From Deltaproteobacteria bacterium (GTDB lineage: Bacteria; Myxococcota_A; Polyangia; JAAYKL01): a stretch of DNA of 64,000 bases. Positions within the stretch are counted from its first letter, which is position 1. The number at the start of each line of letters is the position of its first letter. Below, piece by piece: positions 27,425 through 38,680 of this stretch. The notes under the pieces were generated by a model. It ran no database searches, was not told where the DNA came from, and saw only the letters and a program-made list of their open reading frames with translations. The position numbers were made by a program, and so were the translations under genes. Location: contig JAFGXQ010000133.1 of assembly GCA_016936575.1 (NCBI GenBank), positions 3,843 through 67,842 on the forward strand, in the 5' to 3' direction.

Positions 27425-28921
27425 TCAATCGAAAATATTACTGACGTCGCGCTCGATGGTACGTTTTTTGGGTTTGGTGGTGGGCTTCGATAATACTTTG
27501 ATGTCATCGGGATCGGTGTCGATCGCGGCGCTGCCTTCGGCTTCCCGGCCCTTTTTCTTTTTCGGAGTGCTTTTTTTCGATATCGTTTCATCCGAGGGTC
27601 GTGCGGCAACCGGGCTCGCTTCGGGCATCTGTGCCGGCATGGTGAGTGTCGGTGTGTCCGCTTCGGTCGGTTCGGGCTCCTCCATTGCCGCGGGCTCCAC
27701 TTCGGGTTGCGCCGTCGGGGTGATGGCGGGAACAATATTCGCATCGTTGTTCGCCGGTTGATTTTTTTTCAATGCGATGTACGCAATGCCGGCAATCGCG
27801 GCAATGAGCGACAACACAATGACGGCAATGAGCGCCTTGAGCATGGTGCTGCTCGGTGACGGCTCCGATGCATGCTTGGGCGCCCCGGACGACGAAGTGG
27901 ACATTTCTTTCAGTCTGGTCTGGACGCGAACATTTTCGGAGATGGGGGTGGCCGCCTTCAAGTCCATGGTTTTCTGATCAGGTGACGCCTGCATCTGCGA
28001 CGTGGGATATACAAATGACTTTCGATTATTGATATTCGCGCTGGATGCGGCTTTCATGAGCGCCTGTCGCATCAGCACCGCGTTTTCGTAGCGGTCCACC
28101 GGCGCCCTGGACATGGCTTTTAAAATGACCGCTTCAATTTCTTTGGGAACCTCGGGATTGCGCTCACGGGGTTTGGGAAACGGCTTGGATGCGATTTGCA
28201 GCAGCACATCGTTGAAATTGTCACCCTGGTACGGCAGCTGTCCCACAAATCCTTCATAGAGCACCACGCCCACCGCATACAGGTCGGTGGTGTGATCGAT
28301 ATGCTTGGCGCCTTTGGCCTGCTCGGGTGACATATATAGCGGTGTTCCCATGGCGATACCTGTCTTGGTCAGACTGAGTGCCGCGTCGGATTCCAAGTAT
28401 TTGGAGATGCCGAAATCAAGAATTTTTACGAAATTCTCGCGATCGCCGATATTGGTAATGAAGATATTGTCGGGCTTGAGGTCCCGGTGCACAATTCTTT
28501 TGGTGTGGGCCGCATGCAGGCCCAGAAGTGTTTGCGAAATAATATCAATGAAGACCGGCGGACTGGGTTTCACCCATGAATCAAACCACTGACCGAGGGA
28601 TTTCCCGTTGAGCAGCGGCATCACCAGATAGTACACATCAAATTCACAGCCCTCGGGATGATCGGTGCCGAAATCGATCACTTCACAGATGTTGTCGTGC
28701 CCGATGGAAGCGGCGATTTGGGCTTCCTGGTGGAACCGTTGAATGGCGGCATCGTCAATGCCTTTTTGCTTTTGCAGGGTTTTAATGGCGACTTCGCGTT
28801 TCAGTACGATGTTGGTGGCGCGATACACGTATCCCATGCCGCCGCTGCCGATGATATCCTCGATGCGGTACTTTTGGTCGAGAACGAAACCTGATTCAAG
28901 TTTGAATAATGCTTTGCCCAC
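27425..28921 (-). CDS. Hanks-type Ser/Thr protein kinase, one transmembrane helix, Pro/Ala-rich extracytoplasmic tail
   Basis: GSGGMGYVY glycine loop, AIK lysine, HRDLKPDNIF catalytic loop, DFG and SPE motifs; a transmembrane segment LIAVIVLSLIAAIAGIAYIAL; K-rich C-terminus. Confidence 0.9.
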   Translation of the reverse strand: MGKALFKLESGFVLDQKYRIEDIIGSGGMGYVYRATNIVLKREVAIKTLQKQKGIDDAAIQRFHQEAQIAASIGHDNICEVIDFGTDHPEGCEFDVYYLVMPLLNGKSLGQWFDSWVKPSPPVFIDIISQTLLGLHAAHTKRIVHRDLKPDNIFITNIGDRENFVKILDFGISKYLESDAALSLTKTGIAMGTPLYMSPEQAKGAKHIDHTTDLYAVGVVLYEGFVGQLPYQGDNFNDVLLQIASKPFPKPRERNPEVPKEIEAVILKAMSRAPVDRYENAVLMRQALMKAASSANINNRKSFVYPTSQMQASPDQKTMDLKAATPISENVRVQTRLKEMSTSSSGAPKHASEPSPSSTMLKALIAVIVLSLIAAIAGIAYIALKKNQPANNDANIVPAITPTAQPEVEPAAMEEPEPTEADTPTLTMPAQMPEASPVAARPSDETISKKSTPKKKKGREAEGSAAIDTDPDDIKVLSKPTTKPKKRTIERDVSNIFD

Positions 28922-29159
28922 TGATTTATTCCATATCCGGTATCTGTTCTTTCCGGAGAACGCATAGCGATTTTTATCTTAGTAAAACATGGTTATATCC
29001 AGATGATTTGAAAGATGCAATCCGGCGTCTGGGATTTTGCATTTCTGCTGGGAACTGGTGACGATAAAATCGGTTTCAGTATTTGTGAAGTTGTCAAAAA
29101 ATGTCGATGCTCGCTGGCGCCTCCCCCATATTACTGCTAGGATACCCCTTCACTGATAA

Positions 29160-29874
29160 ATGGAGGTAACTATGAAAAAAGTTCTCGGAGGAGTCGGCAC
29201 GGCGGTCGTCGTTGTCGCAATAGTCGCGTTTAAATTTCTGGCACCGTCTGCAGAAGTATCCATTAAAAATGCCACGGGCACCGGTTGGGACGAGGCACAT
29301 GGTGATTTCATGACAGAAATATCGGGGGTGATGGACACGGAATACGCCATTTTTGATTTGTCCGCTGACGACAAAAATAAGATCGCGACGTGTATTGTGG
29401 AAAAATCAATCAAGTTTTTAAACGGCACCGATTGTTCCTATTTGTACAACACCGCGACCACCACGGAATCGGAACATCTGGCCAATCAGGAGAAATGTCT
29501 CGACAAAGTGAAGTTCGAGAAAAATCAGGAAGGCTTCACGCTGGAATGTCTGAAAGCGAACATGCCGGGCAAATGGTCTGTGATGAAGAAGATTTTTGTC
29601 GGTGTGTGTGTATGAGGAAGCTTACACCGGTCAGGGCGTGGCCGGTCCGGAAGCGAAAACCATTGCCGAATGTATCGCGGGGAAGCTTACGGCATTGGCC
29701 GATCAGCGCAAATATAAACTGATCAACGAAAAAGCCACCACTGCTGAAGATTTGTTGTTTGGTATTGATACGTATGTTCCCGACTTTGAAAAAGATGAAG
29801 AAGTGAACGCGATCATGAATGAATGCGCCCCGACCGACGACGCCGGCAGCGAAGAAGCGAAACCTGAAAAATAA
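29160..29874 (+). pseudogene. Small secreted Cys-containing protein split by a frameshift at a (GT)5 tract (ORFs 29160-29615 and 29596-29874)
   Basis: ORF1 has a signal peptide and stops right after gtgtgtgtgt (29602-29611). ORF2 continues in the +1 frame with a similar internal repeat (CIVEKSIKF / AECIAGKLTA). Gaining one GT unit would fuse the two frames. Confidence 0.4.
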
Positions 29875-30106
29875 AAGAAGTTGACTTGGCGAAAAACAGA
29901 CTGTAATTAAGCCGTATGAATTTTTTGGTTAACAATTTCTGGTTTTGGCGTGGCTCAATGAGTCATGGTGGGCCTGGTTTGCGTTAAACCGAATTTATAC
30001 AAGCAGCATTTTAAAGGTCCACCGTAATCGTGGGCCTTTTTTTTTGTTTTTTTACAGAGCACATCACATCGTTTATAGGTTGTGTTCTTATGGTTGGAGG
30101 TTAGTC

Positions 30107-31675
30107 ATGCAAGCGTACACAGTCCTGAAGCAGTGCCGTTTCTCTTCGGACCCGTTCACAATTTTTTCCGCGTTGTGCAAAGACGGGGACAACACCGTGC
30201 TGCTGGAATCAAAGGACGGGAACGGAAAAAACAATGTGGCCAGTATGCTGTTCGTTGAGAACGCACTTTGCGTAGAGGCGAAAGGCACGACGGTAACCAT
30301 CAAAGTATTGACACCGAACGGCGAGAATGCGCTGTCGGCGGTAACCGATGCGCTGGCGTCTCTGGCGCCGATGAAATCGATTGAGGGAGGCATCGAGATG
30401 ACCTTCTCTGGGAAGCGTCCTTCCGGAGACGATCTGACGCGTATCAAAGCGGTGTATCCCTCGGAAGTATTGCGTGTACTGAGCCGAAAGTGGAATCTCG
30501 GAACCGATGACAAGCAGCGCCGATTGAGCCTGCCGGGCATTTTTTCATACGACCATCTGGAACATTTCGAAGCGCTGCCCGCCGCGAAACACGATACCCT
30601 CGGGTTTGCAGATTTTATTTTTTATCTGCCCGAGGTGGCGGTGAAGGTCGACCATGAAAAGAATGCGGCGTATGTGCTCGTGCACGGATACAACGCCACC
30701 AGCTACGATGCGCAGTATTCCGCCGATGTGGCACGGGCGGAAGCCATCGCGCGGCAGGTGGAGGCGGTGACCGAAGGGACCGTGTACAACCTCGATAAAT
30801 TGTCGGGGCACGCGGTGAGCAGCGATGCCGAAACGGATTTGAGCGACGAGGAATATGCGGCCCTGGTGAAGAAACTGCAGCATCACATTGTTATCGGTGA
30901 TGTATTTCAGATTGTGCCGTCTCGAACATTCAGCGCCGATTGCGATGATCCGCTTACCACGTACGGTGTGTTGCGACAGCTGAACCCGAGCCCGTATCTG
31001 TTTTATCTGAAGCACGGCGAGTTCACGCTGTTCGGTTCCTCTCCGGAAACCAGCGTGAAGGTGGAGGGAAATCCGCTGGTGGCGTCGATTCGGCCCATCG
31101 CGGGAACCAGGCGGCGCGGCCGCAAAAAAGATGGAACCATCGACAAAGATATGGACGGTCGGCTGGAGGCGGAACTGAAATTGAATGAAAAAGAGCTGGC
31201 GGAGCACATGATGCTGGTGGACCTGGCGAGAAATGACGTGGCGCGGGTATCGAAGCCGGGAAGTCGATTTGTGTCGCGTCTGCTGGTGGCCGAACGGTAT
31301 TCCCATGTGATGCACCTGGTATCGATAGTGGAAGGCGAGCTGCGCGACGATTTGGATGCGTTGCACGCCTATCTGGCCAGCGCCAATATGGGAACGCTGG
31401 TGGGGTCACCCAAAATCGAAGCGGCCAAACTGCTTCGGTTGAATGAAAACACCAAGCGCGGCCCTTACGGCGGCGCGATCGGGTATCTCACGTCGGACGG
31501 CGAGATGGATACGGCGATTGTGATTCGCTCGGCGCTGGTCAAGGGCCAAACCGCGTATGTACGGGCCGGCGCGGGGGTGGTGTTTGATTCTGATCCCATG
31601 GCGGAGGCGCATGAGACGCGGGCCAAGGCCAGTGCGGTGTTAAAAGCGATTGCGTTGGCGAAGGAGGTGAAGTGA
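30107..31675 (+). CDS. trpE: Anthranilate synthase component I
   Basis: About 522 aa with the chorismate-binding C-terminal domain (LLESKDG...; GAIGY; G.G.VFDS); first gene of the trp cluster. Confidence 0.9.
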   Translation: MQAYTVLKQCRFSSDPFTIFSALCKDGDNTVLLESKDGNGKNNVASMLFVENALCVEAKGTTVTIKVLTPNGENALSAVTDALASLAPMKSIEGGIEMTFSGKRPSGDDLTRIKAVYPSEVLRVLSRKWNLGTDDKQRRLSLPGIFSYDHLEHFEALPAAKHDTLGFADFIFYLPEVAVKVDHEKNAAYVLVHGYNATSYDAQYSADVARAEAIARQVEAVTEGTVYNLDKLSGHAVSSDAETDLSDEEYAALVKKLQHHIVIGDVFQIVPSRTFSADCDDPLTTYGVLRQLNPSPYLFYLKHGEFTLFGSSPETSVKVEGNPLVASIRPIAGTRRRGRKKDGTIDKDMDGRLEAELKLNEKELAEHMMLVDLARNDVARVSKPGSRFVSRLLVAERYSHVMHLVSIVEGELRDDLDALHAYLASANMGTLVGSPKIEAAKLLRLNENTKRGPYGGAIGYLTSDGEMDTAIVIRSALVKGQTAYVRAGAGVVFDSDPMAEAHETRAKASAVLKAIALAKEVK

Positions 31676-32283
31676 TGTCCGGCGAAAAATTGAATGTGTT
31701 GTTTATCGATAATTTCGATTCCTTTGTGTTCAATCTGGTTGATGAATTCGAAAAGCGAGATTGCGCCGTGCAGGTGTGGAGGAATGATATCGGCGTGGAA
31801 AAAGTGCTCGATATTTATGAGAAGATGAACGGACCGAAACTGATCGTGCTGTCGCCCGGACCGGGAACGCCGACCGATGCGGGGTGTTGCGTGGAGCTGG
31901 TGAGGCAAACCACCGATATTCCGATTTTCGGGGTGTGTCTGGGACAGCAGTCGATCACCGAAGCCTGTGACGGTAAAGTGGTTCAGGCCGGTGAAATTGT
32001 TCACGGCAAATCGTCAATGCTTCAGATTGACGCGGATAGTGACATGTTCAAAGGGCTGCCCGATCCGTTGTCGGTGGGTCGCTATCATTCCCTGATTTGC
32101 GAGGTGGACGAAACCCAGTTTGACATCACCGCGAAATTGGGAGACATGGTGATGGCTATCGAACACAAGACGCGGCCGCTGAAAGGGGTGCAGTTTCATC
32201 CGGAGTCGGTGCTGACGCCGGAAGGCGGCACGATTGTCGAAAACATTATGGCATGGGCAACTGCGCTTCACGCAAATAGATAG
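31672..32283 (+). CDS. trpG: Anthranilate synthase component II (glutamine amidotransferase)
   Basis: LFIDNFDSFVFNL N-terminus, catalytic Cys in GVCLGQQ, and a His in the HPES region; ATGA overlap with trpE. Confidence 0.9.
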   Translation: MMSGEKLNVLFIDNFDSFVFNLVDEFEKRDCAVQVWRNDIGVEKVLDIYEKMNGPKLIVLSPGPGTPTDAGCCVELVRQTTDIPIFGVCLGQQSITEACDGKVVQAGEIVHGKSSMLQIDADSDMFKGLPDPLSVGRYHSLICEVDETQFDITAKLGDMVMAIEHKTRPLKGVQFHPESVLTPEGGTIVENIMAWATALHANR

Positions 32284-32296
32284 ACGGGGGACTGAT

Positions 32297-33307
32297 ATGA
32301 AACAGTATATCGAACCGATAACCAATCGACAGGATTTGACCCGAGCAGAGACCGCAGAGGTGTTTAAAAAACTGGTGGCCGGCGAAATGGACCCGGTGGA
32401 AATCGCCGCGCTGCTCATTGCGTTGCGCACTAAGGGAGAAAGCTCGGTGGAAATCGCCGGCGCGGCGGAAGCCTTGCGCGCCTGTGCGGCGCCGTTTGAA
32501 CGTCCGTCGTATTCGTTTGTGGATTCCTGCGGTACCGGCGGCGACGGCGCGCATACGATCAATGTGTCGACCGCGGCGGCATTGGTCACCGCGGGAATGG
32601 GGATTCCGGTAGCCAAGCACGGCAATCGTTCGATTTCATCGAAATGCGGTTCTGCCGATGTATTTGAGCAGCTCGGTGTCAAAATTGACGCGACTGCAGC
32701 GGTGTCGAGAAAATGTCTTGACGAGGTGGGTATCTGCTTTCTGTTCGCCCCACTGTATCATTCCGGGCTTCGTCACGCGGGGCCGGTGAGACAGAAACTC
32801 GCCATGCGCACCATGATGAATCTGCTCGGGCCGCTGGTATCGCCCGCCGCGCCGACACATCAGGTAATGGGGGTGTATGATTCATCTCTGGTGAAAACCC
32901 TGGCTGAAGTGTTTCAGTCTTTGGGTACGGAAGGCGCACTGGTGGTGCACGGCAGCGGACTCGATGAAATTGCGGTGCATGGAAAAACCACCTGCGCCAT
33001 GTTGAAAAACGGGCGCGTCGAAACCTTCGACATTTCGCCGGAAGACGCCGGTCTTGAAACCTATTCACTGGAAGAAATACGCGGGGGAACTCCGGATGAG
33101 AATACCCAAATTGTGCGCAACATTCTGGCCGGAAACGGTCACCCCGCACACAATGCGGCGGTGGCGATAAACGCCGGTGCGCTGGCGTGGGTGTTCGGCA
33201 AGGCGGCAGATTTGAAAGAGGGAACGGCGATGGCCATGGAAGTCATTCGAAGCGGCGCCTGCGTGGCTCGTGCGGAGAAATTCAAGGAGCTGTCGAATGG
33301 TGCTTAA
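32297..33307 (+). CDS. trpD: Anthranilate phosphoribosyltransferase
   Basis: TrpD motifs (AALLIALRTKGES, DSCGTGGDG, KHGNRSISS). Confidence 0.9.
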   Translation: MKQYIEPITNRQDLTRAETAEVFKKLVAGEMDPVEIAALLIALRTKGESSVEIAGAAEALRACAAPFERPSYSFVDSCGTGGDGAHTINVSTAAALVTAGMGIPVAKHGNRSISSKCGSADVFEQLGVKIDATAAVSRKCLDEVGICFLFAPLYHSGLRHAGPVRQKLAMRTMMNLLGPLVSPAAPTHQVMGVYDSSLVKTLAEVFQSLGTEGALVVHGSGLDEIAVHGKTTCAMLKNGRVETFDISPEDAGLETYSLEEIRGGTPDENTQIVRNILAGNGHPAHNAAVAINAGALAWVFGKAADLKEGTAMAMEVIRSGACVARAEKFKELSNGA

Positions 33308-34643
33308 ACGAATTGTGGAAGATAAACGCCTTGAGTTGGACAGAAAGTATCCGGACCGGCGACTTCCCCCCCTGGAGGGCATTGAAAAAAGCGATCGCAG
33401 TTTTGAAGCAGCCCTGCGCGCGCCCCATACGGGATTTGTGTTTGAATGTAAGAAAGCCTCGCCGTCCAAAGGGCTGATTCGGGCGGATTTTGATCCGGTG
33501 CAGATTGCGACCGAGTACGCGCCGTTTGCCGACGCCATTTCGGTGCTGACCGATGAAAAATATTTTCAAGGAAGTCTGTCGTACCTTACGGCGGTGCGAA
33601 ACGCGGTGTCGGTGCCGGTATTGTGCAAGGACTTCATATTAGAACCGTTTCAGGTGGTGGAGGCGCGGAAGGCGGGCGCGGATGCGGTGCTGCTGATGAT
33701 GAGTGTGCTGTCAGATGAGGAGTATCGGCAGTGTTTTGAAACCGCCGAAGCGCTGCAGGTGGATGCGCTCACCGAGGTGCGTGACGAAGCGGAGCTGGCG
33801 CGTGCGGTGAGTTTGGGCGCCCGTGTAATTGGTATCAATAACCGCAATCTCGATAATCTCCAGGTGGATTTGCGTGCTACCGAAAAGTTGGCGCCATCGG
33901 TTCCGAAAGACATAGTACTGATCAGTGAATCAGGGATTGAAACCCATCGGGATGTGCTGCGTCTGGGGCCTCTTGTCAATGGATTTCTGGTGGGCAGCTC
34001 GCTGATGGCACAGCCCGATATTACCCGCGCCTGCGGAGAACTGGTTTACGGAAAAATCAAGGTTTGCGGATTGACTGAAAATAAAGACGCCAAAGCGGTG
34101 AAGGCGGCGGGGGCGGCATACGGCGGACTGATTTTTGCGCCCGGGTCGAAGCGAGTCGTCACGGTGGAGGAGGCGCGTCAGGTAAAGGCCGATGTGTCGC
34201 TGGATTGGGTGGGCGTGTTTGTGGATGCACCCCTCACTGAAGTGGTGGATATTGCGACAGAGCTGCGATTGGCGGCGGTTCAGCTGCACGGACACGAAGA
34301 TCGCCGGTATATCGATGCGCTGCGGGCTGAACTGGGAGACGGGGTCGAAGTGTGGAAGGCGATTTCGGTTGGCGGAGAAATACCCCCCTTGAGTGAGTTT
34401 GACGGCGCACGGATACTTTTTGACGGGAAAGAAGGGGGAAGCGGAAAACCGTTTGACTGGAACCTTCTGCGCACCGTTGACGTACGCGAATGTATTGTCG
34501 CGGGCGGAATCGGTGTGCAGAACGCATATGAGGCGTCATTGCTTGGCGCGTATGCGCTGGATGTGAATTCGAAAATTGAAACCGCGCCGGGAAAAAAAGA
34601 TATGCATCAACTGGCGGCACTTCTGCGCGCGGTGCGAGCCTGA
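33297..34643 (+). CDS. trpCF: Bifunctional indole-3-glycerol-phosphate synthase / phosphoribosylanthranilate isomerase (TrpC-TrpF fusion)
   Basis: N-terminal IGPS domain (FECKKASPSKG, GINNRNL) followed by a PRAI domain (KVCGLT...; ILFDG; VAGGIG). Overlaps trpD by 11 nt. Confidence 0.85.
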   Translation: MVLKRIVEDKRLELDRKYPDRRLPPLEGIEKSDRSFEAALRAPHTGFVFECKKASPSKGLIRADFDPVQIATEYAPFADAISVLTDEKYFQGSLSYLTAVRNAVSVPVLCKDFILEPFQVVEARKAGADAVLLMMSVLSDEEYRQCFETAEALQVDALTEVRDEAELARAVSLGARVIGINNRNLDNLQVDLRATEKLAPSVPKDIVLISESGIETHRDVLRLGPLVNGFLVGSSLMAQPDITRACGELVYGKIKVCGLTENKDAKAVKAAGAAYGGLIFAPGSKRVVTVEEARQVKADVSLDWVGVFVDAPLTEVVDIATELRLAAVQLHGHEDRRYIDALRAELGDGVEVWKAISVGGEIPPLSEFDGARILFDGKEGGSGKPFDWNLLRTVDVRECIVAGGIGVQNAYEASLLGAYALDVNSKIETAPGKKDMHQLAALLRAVRA

Positions 34644-34660
34644 ACTGAAGGAGTTGGCAG

Positions 34661-35845
34661 ATGAAAGAATCAGGGAGATTTGGCGATTTCGGCGGCGCAT
34701 ACGTGCCGCAAATTTTGTATCCGGTGCTGGAGCAGCTGGAATCGCAATTTTTGGCGGCAAAGGAAGATGAATCGTTCCAGCGGGAACTGTCGCAGCTGTT
34801 GGAAGAATATGCCGGTCGACCGACCCCGTTGTACCGGTGTCGAAATCTGTGTGCACACACGAAAACGAAAATTTATCTGAAGCGCGAAGACCTGCTGCAT
34901 GGCGGCGCCCACAAAACCAATCAGGTGCTGGGTCAGGCGCTGCTGGCCAAGCGGGTCGGGAAAACGCGGTTGATTGCTGAAACCGGCGCAGGCCAGCACG
35001 GTGTGGCGACTGCGGTGGTGGGCGCGTTGTTCGGATTTGAGACGCGGGTTTATATGGGGGCCAAAGACGTGGCGCGGCAACAGCCCAATGTGTTTCGAAT
35101 GCGCATGCTGGGCGCGGAAGTGATTCCCGTTACAACCGGGTCGCAGACACTCAAGGACGCCATCAATGAGGCGCTGCGCGACTGGGCTGCAAGTTATGAA
35201 ACCACGCATTATATGCTGGGTACCGCGGCAGGGCCGCATCCGTTTCCAACGATTGTTCGGGAGTTTCAGAAGGTGATCGGAATCGAAGCCAAGGTGCAGA
35301 TTCTGCAGGCGGAGGGTAGGCTGCCGGATGCGGTGATTGCCTGCGTGGGCGGAGGCTCGAATGCCATTGGTGTGTTTCACGATTTTGTGGTTGAAAAAGA
35401 GGTGCGACTGATTGGCGTGGAACCCGAAGGAAAAGGAAGAGATACGGCGGAACACGGACTGACCATTCAGAAAGGCTCGCCCGGTGTGCTGCACGGGGCA
35501 TACACGCATGTCCTGCAGGACGGCGATGGGCAGGTGCTGGAATCGTACTCGGTGTCGGCCGGGTTGGATTATCCCGGTGTGGGACCGGAACATGTGCATT
35601 TGATGAAAACGGGGCGGGCGACGTATGTGGGCGCCACCGACGATATGGCGCTCAACGCGTTTGCCGCGCTGTGCAAAGAGGAAGGGATTATTCCCGCGTT
35701 GGAGTCCTCTCATGCGCTCGCCGTTGCGATGAAAATGGCCGAAGAAACCGATACCGCGCAGGTGCTGGTGGTGAATTTGTCGGGGCGGGGAGACAAAGAT
35801 ATGGAAACCGTGTCGGCGATTTTAGAGGGGAGGAAACAGTCATGA
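34661..35845 (+). CDS. trpB: Tryptophan synthase beta subunit
   Basis: PLP-lysine region ([24 protein letters not shown]) and GSNA motif; 394 aa. Confidence 0.95.
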   Translation: MKESGRFGDFGGAYVPQILYPVLEQLESQFLAAKEDESFQRELSQLLEEYAGRPTPLYRCRNLCAHTKTKIYLKREDLLHGGAHKTNQVLGQALLAKRVGKTRLIAETGAGQHGVATAVVGALFGFETRVYMGAKDVARQQPNVFRMRMLGAEVIPVTTGSQTLKDAINEALRDWAASYETTHYMLGTAAGPHPFPTIVREFQKVIGIEAKVQILQAEGRLPDAVIACVGGGSNAIGVFHDFVVEKEVRLIGVEPEGKGRDTAEHGLTIQKGSPGVLHGAYTHVLQDGDGQVLESYSVSAGLDYPGVGPEHVHLMKTGRATYVGATDDMALNAFAALCKEEGIIPALESSHALAVAMKMAEETDTAQVLVVNLSGRGDKDMETVSAILEGRKQS

Positions 35846-36651
35846 GTAATAGATATGATCTGATGTTCTCAAACTTGGATGCCAAAAACCAGGGTGCGTT
35901 CATTCCGTTTGTAGTGGTGGGCGACCCCGATATGGAAACCAGCTTCGAGATTATTCGAACGCTGGTGGACGCGGGCGCCGACGCATTGGAACTGGGAATT
36001 CCGTTTTCCGACCCGGTGGCGGACGGCCCGGTGATTCAGGCGTCGGTGGTTCGTGCGCTGAAAAACGGTGCCACCCCGAAAAAATGTTATGACATTATCG
36101 CCAGAGTGCGGGCACAGTATCCTGATATTCCCATTGGTATTCTCACCTACTGCAACCCGGTGATTTCCGGCGGCTTGGATGCGTATTTCAAAATGATTGC
36201 CGCTACGGGCATCGATTCGGTACTCACGGCGGATATGCCGGTGAATGAAGCGTCCGCCTATGTTGAAGCGGCAAAGAAATACGAGATAAGTCCCGTTTTT
36301 ATCGCGCCGCCCAACGCGGACGCCGCTACCACTGAACGCATCGCCGAACTCACCCGGGGATACACGTATGTGGTGACCCGAAAAGGGGTGACCGGCACAG
36401 ACGATGAGGTGCAGACCGGGTTTAAAACGGTGATAGACGGACTCAAAGCAGTGGGAGCGCCCAGGCCGGTGGTGGGATTCGGTATTTCAAAGCCGGAGCA
36501 GGTGGCCGCATCTATCGATGCCGGTGCGGCCGGCGCCATCAGCGGTTCAGCGGTGGTGAAACGAATTGAAGCCCATTTGCACAACCTGCCTCATATGACA
36601 AGCGTCCTGGCTGCTTTTGTCTCTGAGATGAAAGCGGCCACAAATCGATAA
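35842..36651 (+). CDS. trpA: Tryptophan synthase alpha subunit
   Basis: [25 protein letters not shown]-terminus, [19 protein letters not shown], and GFGIS near the C-terminus; ATGA overlap with trpB. Confidence 0.9.
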   Translation: MSNRYDLMFSNLDAKNQGAFIPFVVVGDPDMETSFEIIRTLVDAGADALELGIPFSDPVADGPVIQASVVRALKNGATPKKCYDIIARVRAQYPDIPIGILTYCNPVISGGLDAYFKMIAATGIDSVLTADMPVNEASAYVEAAKKYEISPVFIAPPNADAATTERIAELTRGYTYVVTRKGVTGTDDEVQTGFKTVIDGLKAVGAPRPVVGFGISKPEQVAASIDAGAAGAISGSAVVKRIEAHLHNLPHMTSVLAAFVSEMKAATNR

Positions 36652-36859
36652 TTCTGCTCTGATTAATTTCGCTGCGATTGATTCCTGTTGCGATGCGAGT
36701 GTAACAGGGCTATAAAAAACCTTTCACAATAAAATATGAAAGTCCTCCAGTCGAGGAATTTCGATATGTTGTGTTGAATGGACAAGCAGTGAGTGGACCG
36801 CAAGTGCTCAAATGGGTTGCGTCGATTCGCTGCGTGAACAATGAATGAGGAGAGATGAA

Positions 36860-38041
36860 ATGACGCGAAGTAAACTGTTGGGTGCCGCGGTATTGGGTTG
36901 TCTGCTGCTATTGGGGACCGGATGCCAGAAATATCAGATGATGCCGTCCATGAAGTTGTCGGAGTTCAATACGAATCCGGCGACGACACCGAATGAGCTG
37001 GAATTTCTGAATATCCATCTCGAGATTCACGAGGGATGGTCGTTTTTAACCAAGAATAAGGAAGTTCGCGCCGATACCCCCACGCTGTTTGAGGCGGAGC
37101 TGTTCGAAATCACCGACAATAAAGGCAATGTGTCGGGTCATTTCCGCTATACGGATTTTCCGGATTTGAACGGCAACATCGTTCCGGAGAAACTCGCCAA
37201 GGCATATGTTGAAGATTTTATCAAAGGGGTGGTGAACATTCAGGTGTACCCCACCTATATCAATGCGCAGCTGGCGTATGTGGTAAGCGGTACCGTTGAA
37301 GGCAAGGGGTGGGATTTCATGGCCGCCCTGATTCCGGAAGGCAGCGCCTACAATGAAATCGTGCTGTTTTCAGATCCTGACTATTTCAAATTGAATCCGG
37401 AAGTCGCCTACAATATTTTCAGCTCGTACAAAGTAGTCGAAAATGACAAGTCCATGCGTCGGATTGCGGGATTGCCGGAATTCCTCTGTACAGACGGCAC
37501 CTGGCGATGGGCGCTTGACGACACCGGAAACACGCTGACTTCGTATGCCATCGCTGACGGTGATAAGAGTGACATCATTGCCATCAAAGTGGGAACGTTG
37601 AATCTGAACACGGTTGAAGATTTCAAACAGTGGATGTCTCAGTCTGAAAAAGAAACTTACGTGAGTGAATTTCCCACCCAAATCAATGTGGGCGGTCAGG
37701 ATATTTCCGCGACAGGCCTGATTTACAATTTGAATTCCGGCGGTAAAAAAATCTACTACATTATCAAAGGCACATCCACCATGTACTTGGTCGTGGTGAT
37801 GTACGAGAAAAAACCGGCTGAAATCACCGACGAAAAAGTACATCAGGAATGGCCGGAGTTGCGTCAGGCACTGACCCAATACATTCGATTCACAGAGGGC
37901 CAGCTCGATCCGTCCGGATACGCCGCGCCGCTGGCCGCACCGGCCGCAGCGGAAACAACAGCCCCCGCGCCCGCGCCCCAGGGAACCGAAAGTGCGCCCC
38001 CGGTTATCCCTGCTCCCGCTGCGGGAACTACCACACCCTGA
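36860..38041 (+). CDS. Lipoprotein of unknown function with a Pro/Ala-rich C-terminus
   Basis: Lipobox LLLGTGCQ; no recognisable catalytic motif; C-terminus APLAAPAAAETTAPAPAPQG. Confidence 0.5.
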   Translation: MTRSKLLGAAVLGCLLLLGTGCQKYQMMPSMKLSEFNTNPATTPNELEFLNIHLEIHEGWSFLTKNKEVRADTPTLFEAELFEITDNKGNVSGHFRYTDFPDLNGNIVPEKLAKAYVEDFIKGVVNIQVYPTYINAQLAYVVSGTVEGKGWDFMAALIPEGSAYNEIVLFSDPDYFKLNPEVAYNIFSSYKVVENDKSMRRIAGLPEFLCTDGTWRWALDDTGNTLTSYAIADGDKSDIIAIKVGTLNLNTVEDFKQWMSQSEKETYVSEFPTQINVGGQDISATGLIYNLNSGGKKIYYIIKGTSTMYLVVVMYEKKPAEITDEKVHQEWPELRQALTQYIRFTEGQLDPSGYAAPLAAPAAAETTAPAPAPQGTESAPPVIPAPAAGTTTP

Positions 38042-38054
38042 TTCTGTTCAATAC

Positions 38055-38100
38055 CATTTTGTACATATAATTTCATTCACTTCGTCACCGGTCATAGCCG
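38055..38100 (-). pseudogene. Fragment of the 3' part of a gene paralogous to 44490-45452
   Basis: 38 of 43 nt identical to 44792-44834 (5 mismatches, no gaps; the same 43-nt segment reported in findings as 38058-38100). It encodes QPAMTGDEVNEII, in frame with QPVVTGDEVNEIV of the intact gene, but the ORF is only about 28 codons. Confidence 0.5.
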
Positions 38101-38680
38101 GTTGCCGCGGGAACATCACGAATTCTGTGGTGTTGATTTAGGTGGCGCCCCTGCCCGAGACACCATGACATCCGGCCCCGGCAGATACGACGGCGATTGG
38201 CAATTCGTTTCGTGTGAAGGACACCCCAAAGTATTTGATGGCCCCACATCGCTTTATGTAAAGGACCGCTCCAACGCGTATTGGTCTCTGGTACAAGTTT
38301 GAAACCCCCTTTCGGTCGTCACGCGTCTTTCCTATCAAAAAAGCGGTGTGACCTTGTTCACCCCACTGGAACGGGTCACCGAAGCCGAAAACGTCTTCTC
38401 CGTTCCCCAAGACATCCTACAAGATGAATTTCTGTATTCCCTCAAAATTGAATGCCAATTCAACGAGTCCCAAACAATCACTGTGAAGGGAACGGCTCTT
38501 GCAACCCCGGAAACCCAAATCAAACTATAGTTTTATTCGTAGGGGCGCTGCCCGTCCCGACTCTGATGACTAAAAACAGGTACTGTTTTACTTCCCAAAA
38601 TGGTATATTTGTTCTGTTCACCAATGGTTAAAAGCAACCACCGGAATCCAATGGTGCGATTCGACTTTGTGGGGGGGAAA

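Noticed and set aside
26512-27744. The full 410-aa reverse ORF covering the OmpA-like gene and extending into the kinase gene
   Set aside because: The region upstream of MNKLMIV translates to an Arg/Pro-rich low-complexity sequence that overlaps the well-supported Ser/Thr kinase C-terminus in another frame. The lipoprotein start at 27267 gives a coherent signal peptide, so the extension is rejected.
29236-29252. Additional TGGCAC occurrences (e.g. 29236 and 17034) as sigma-54 promoters
   Set aside because: They lack the TTGC -12 element at the correct spacing.
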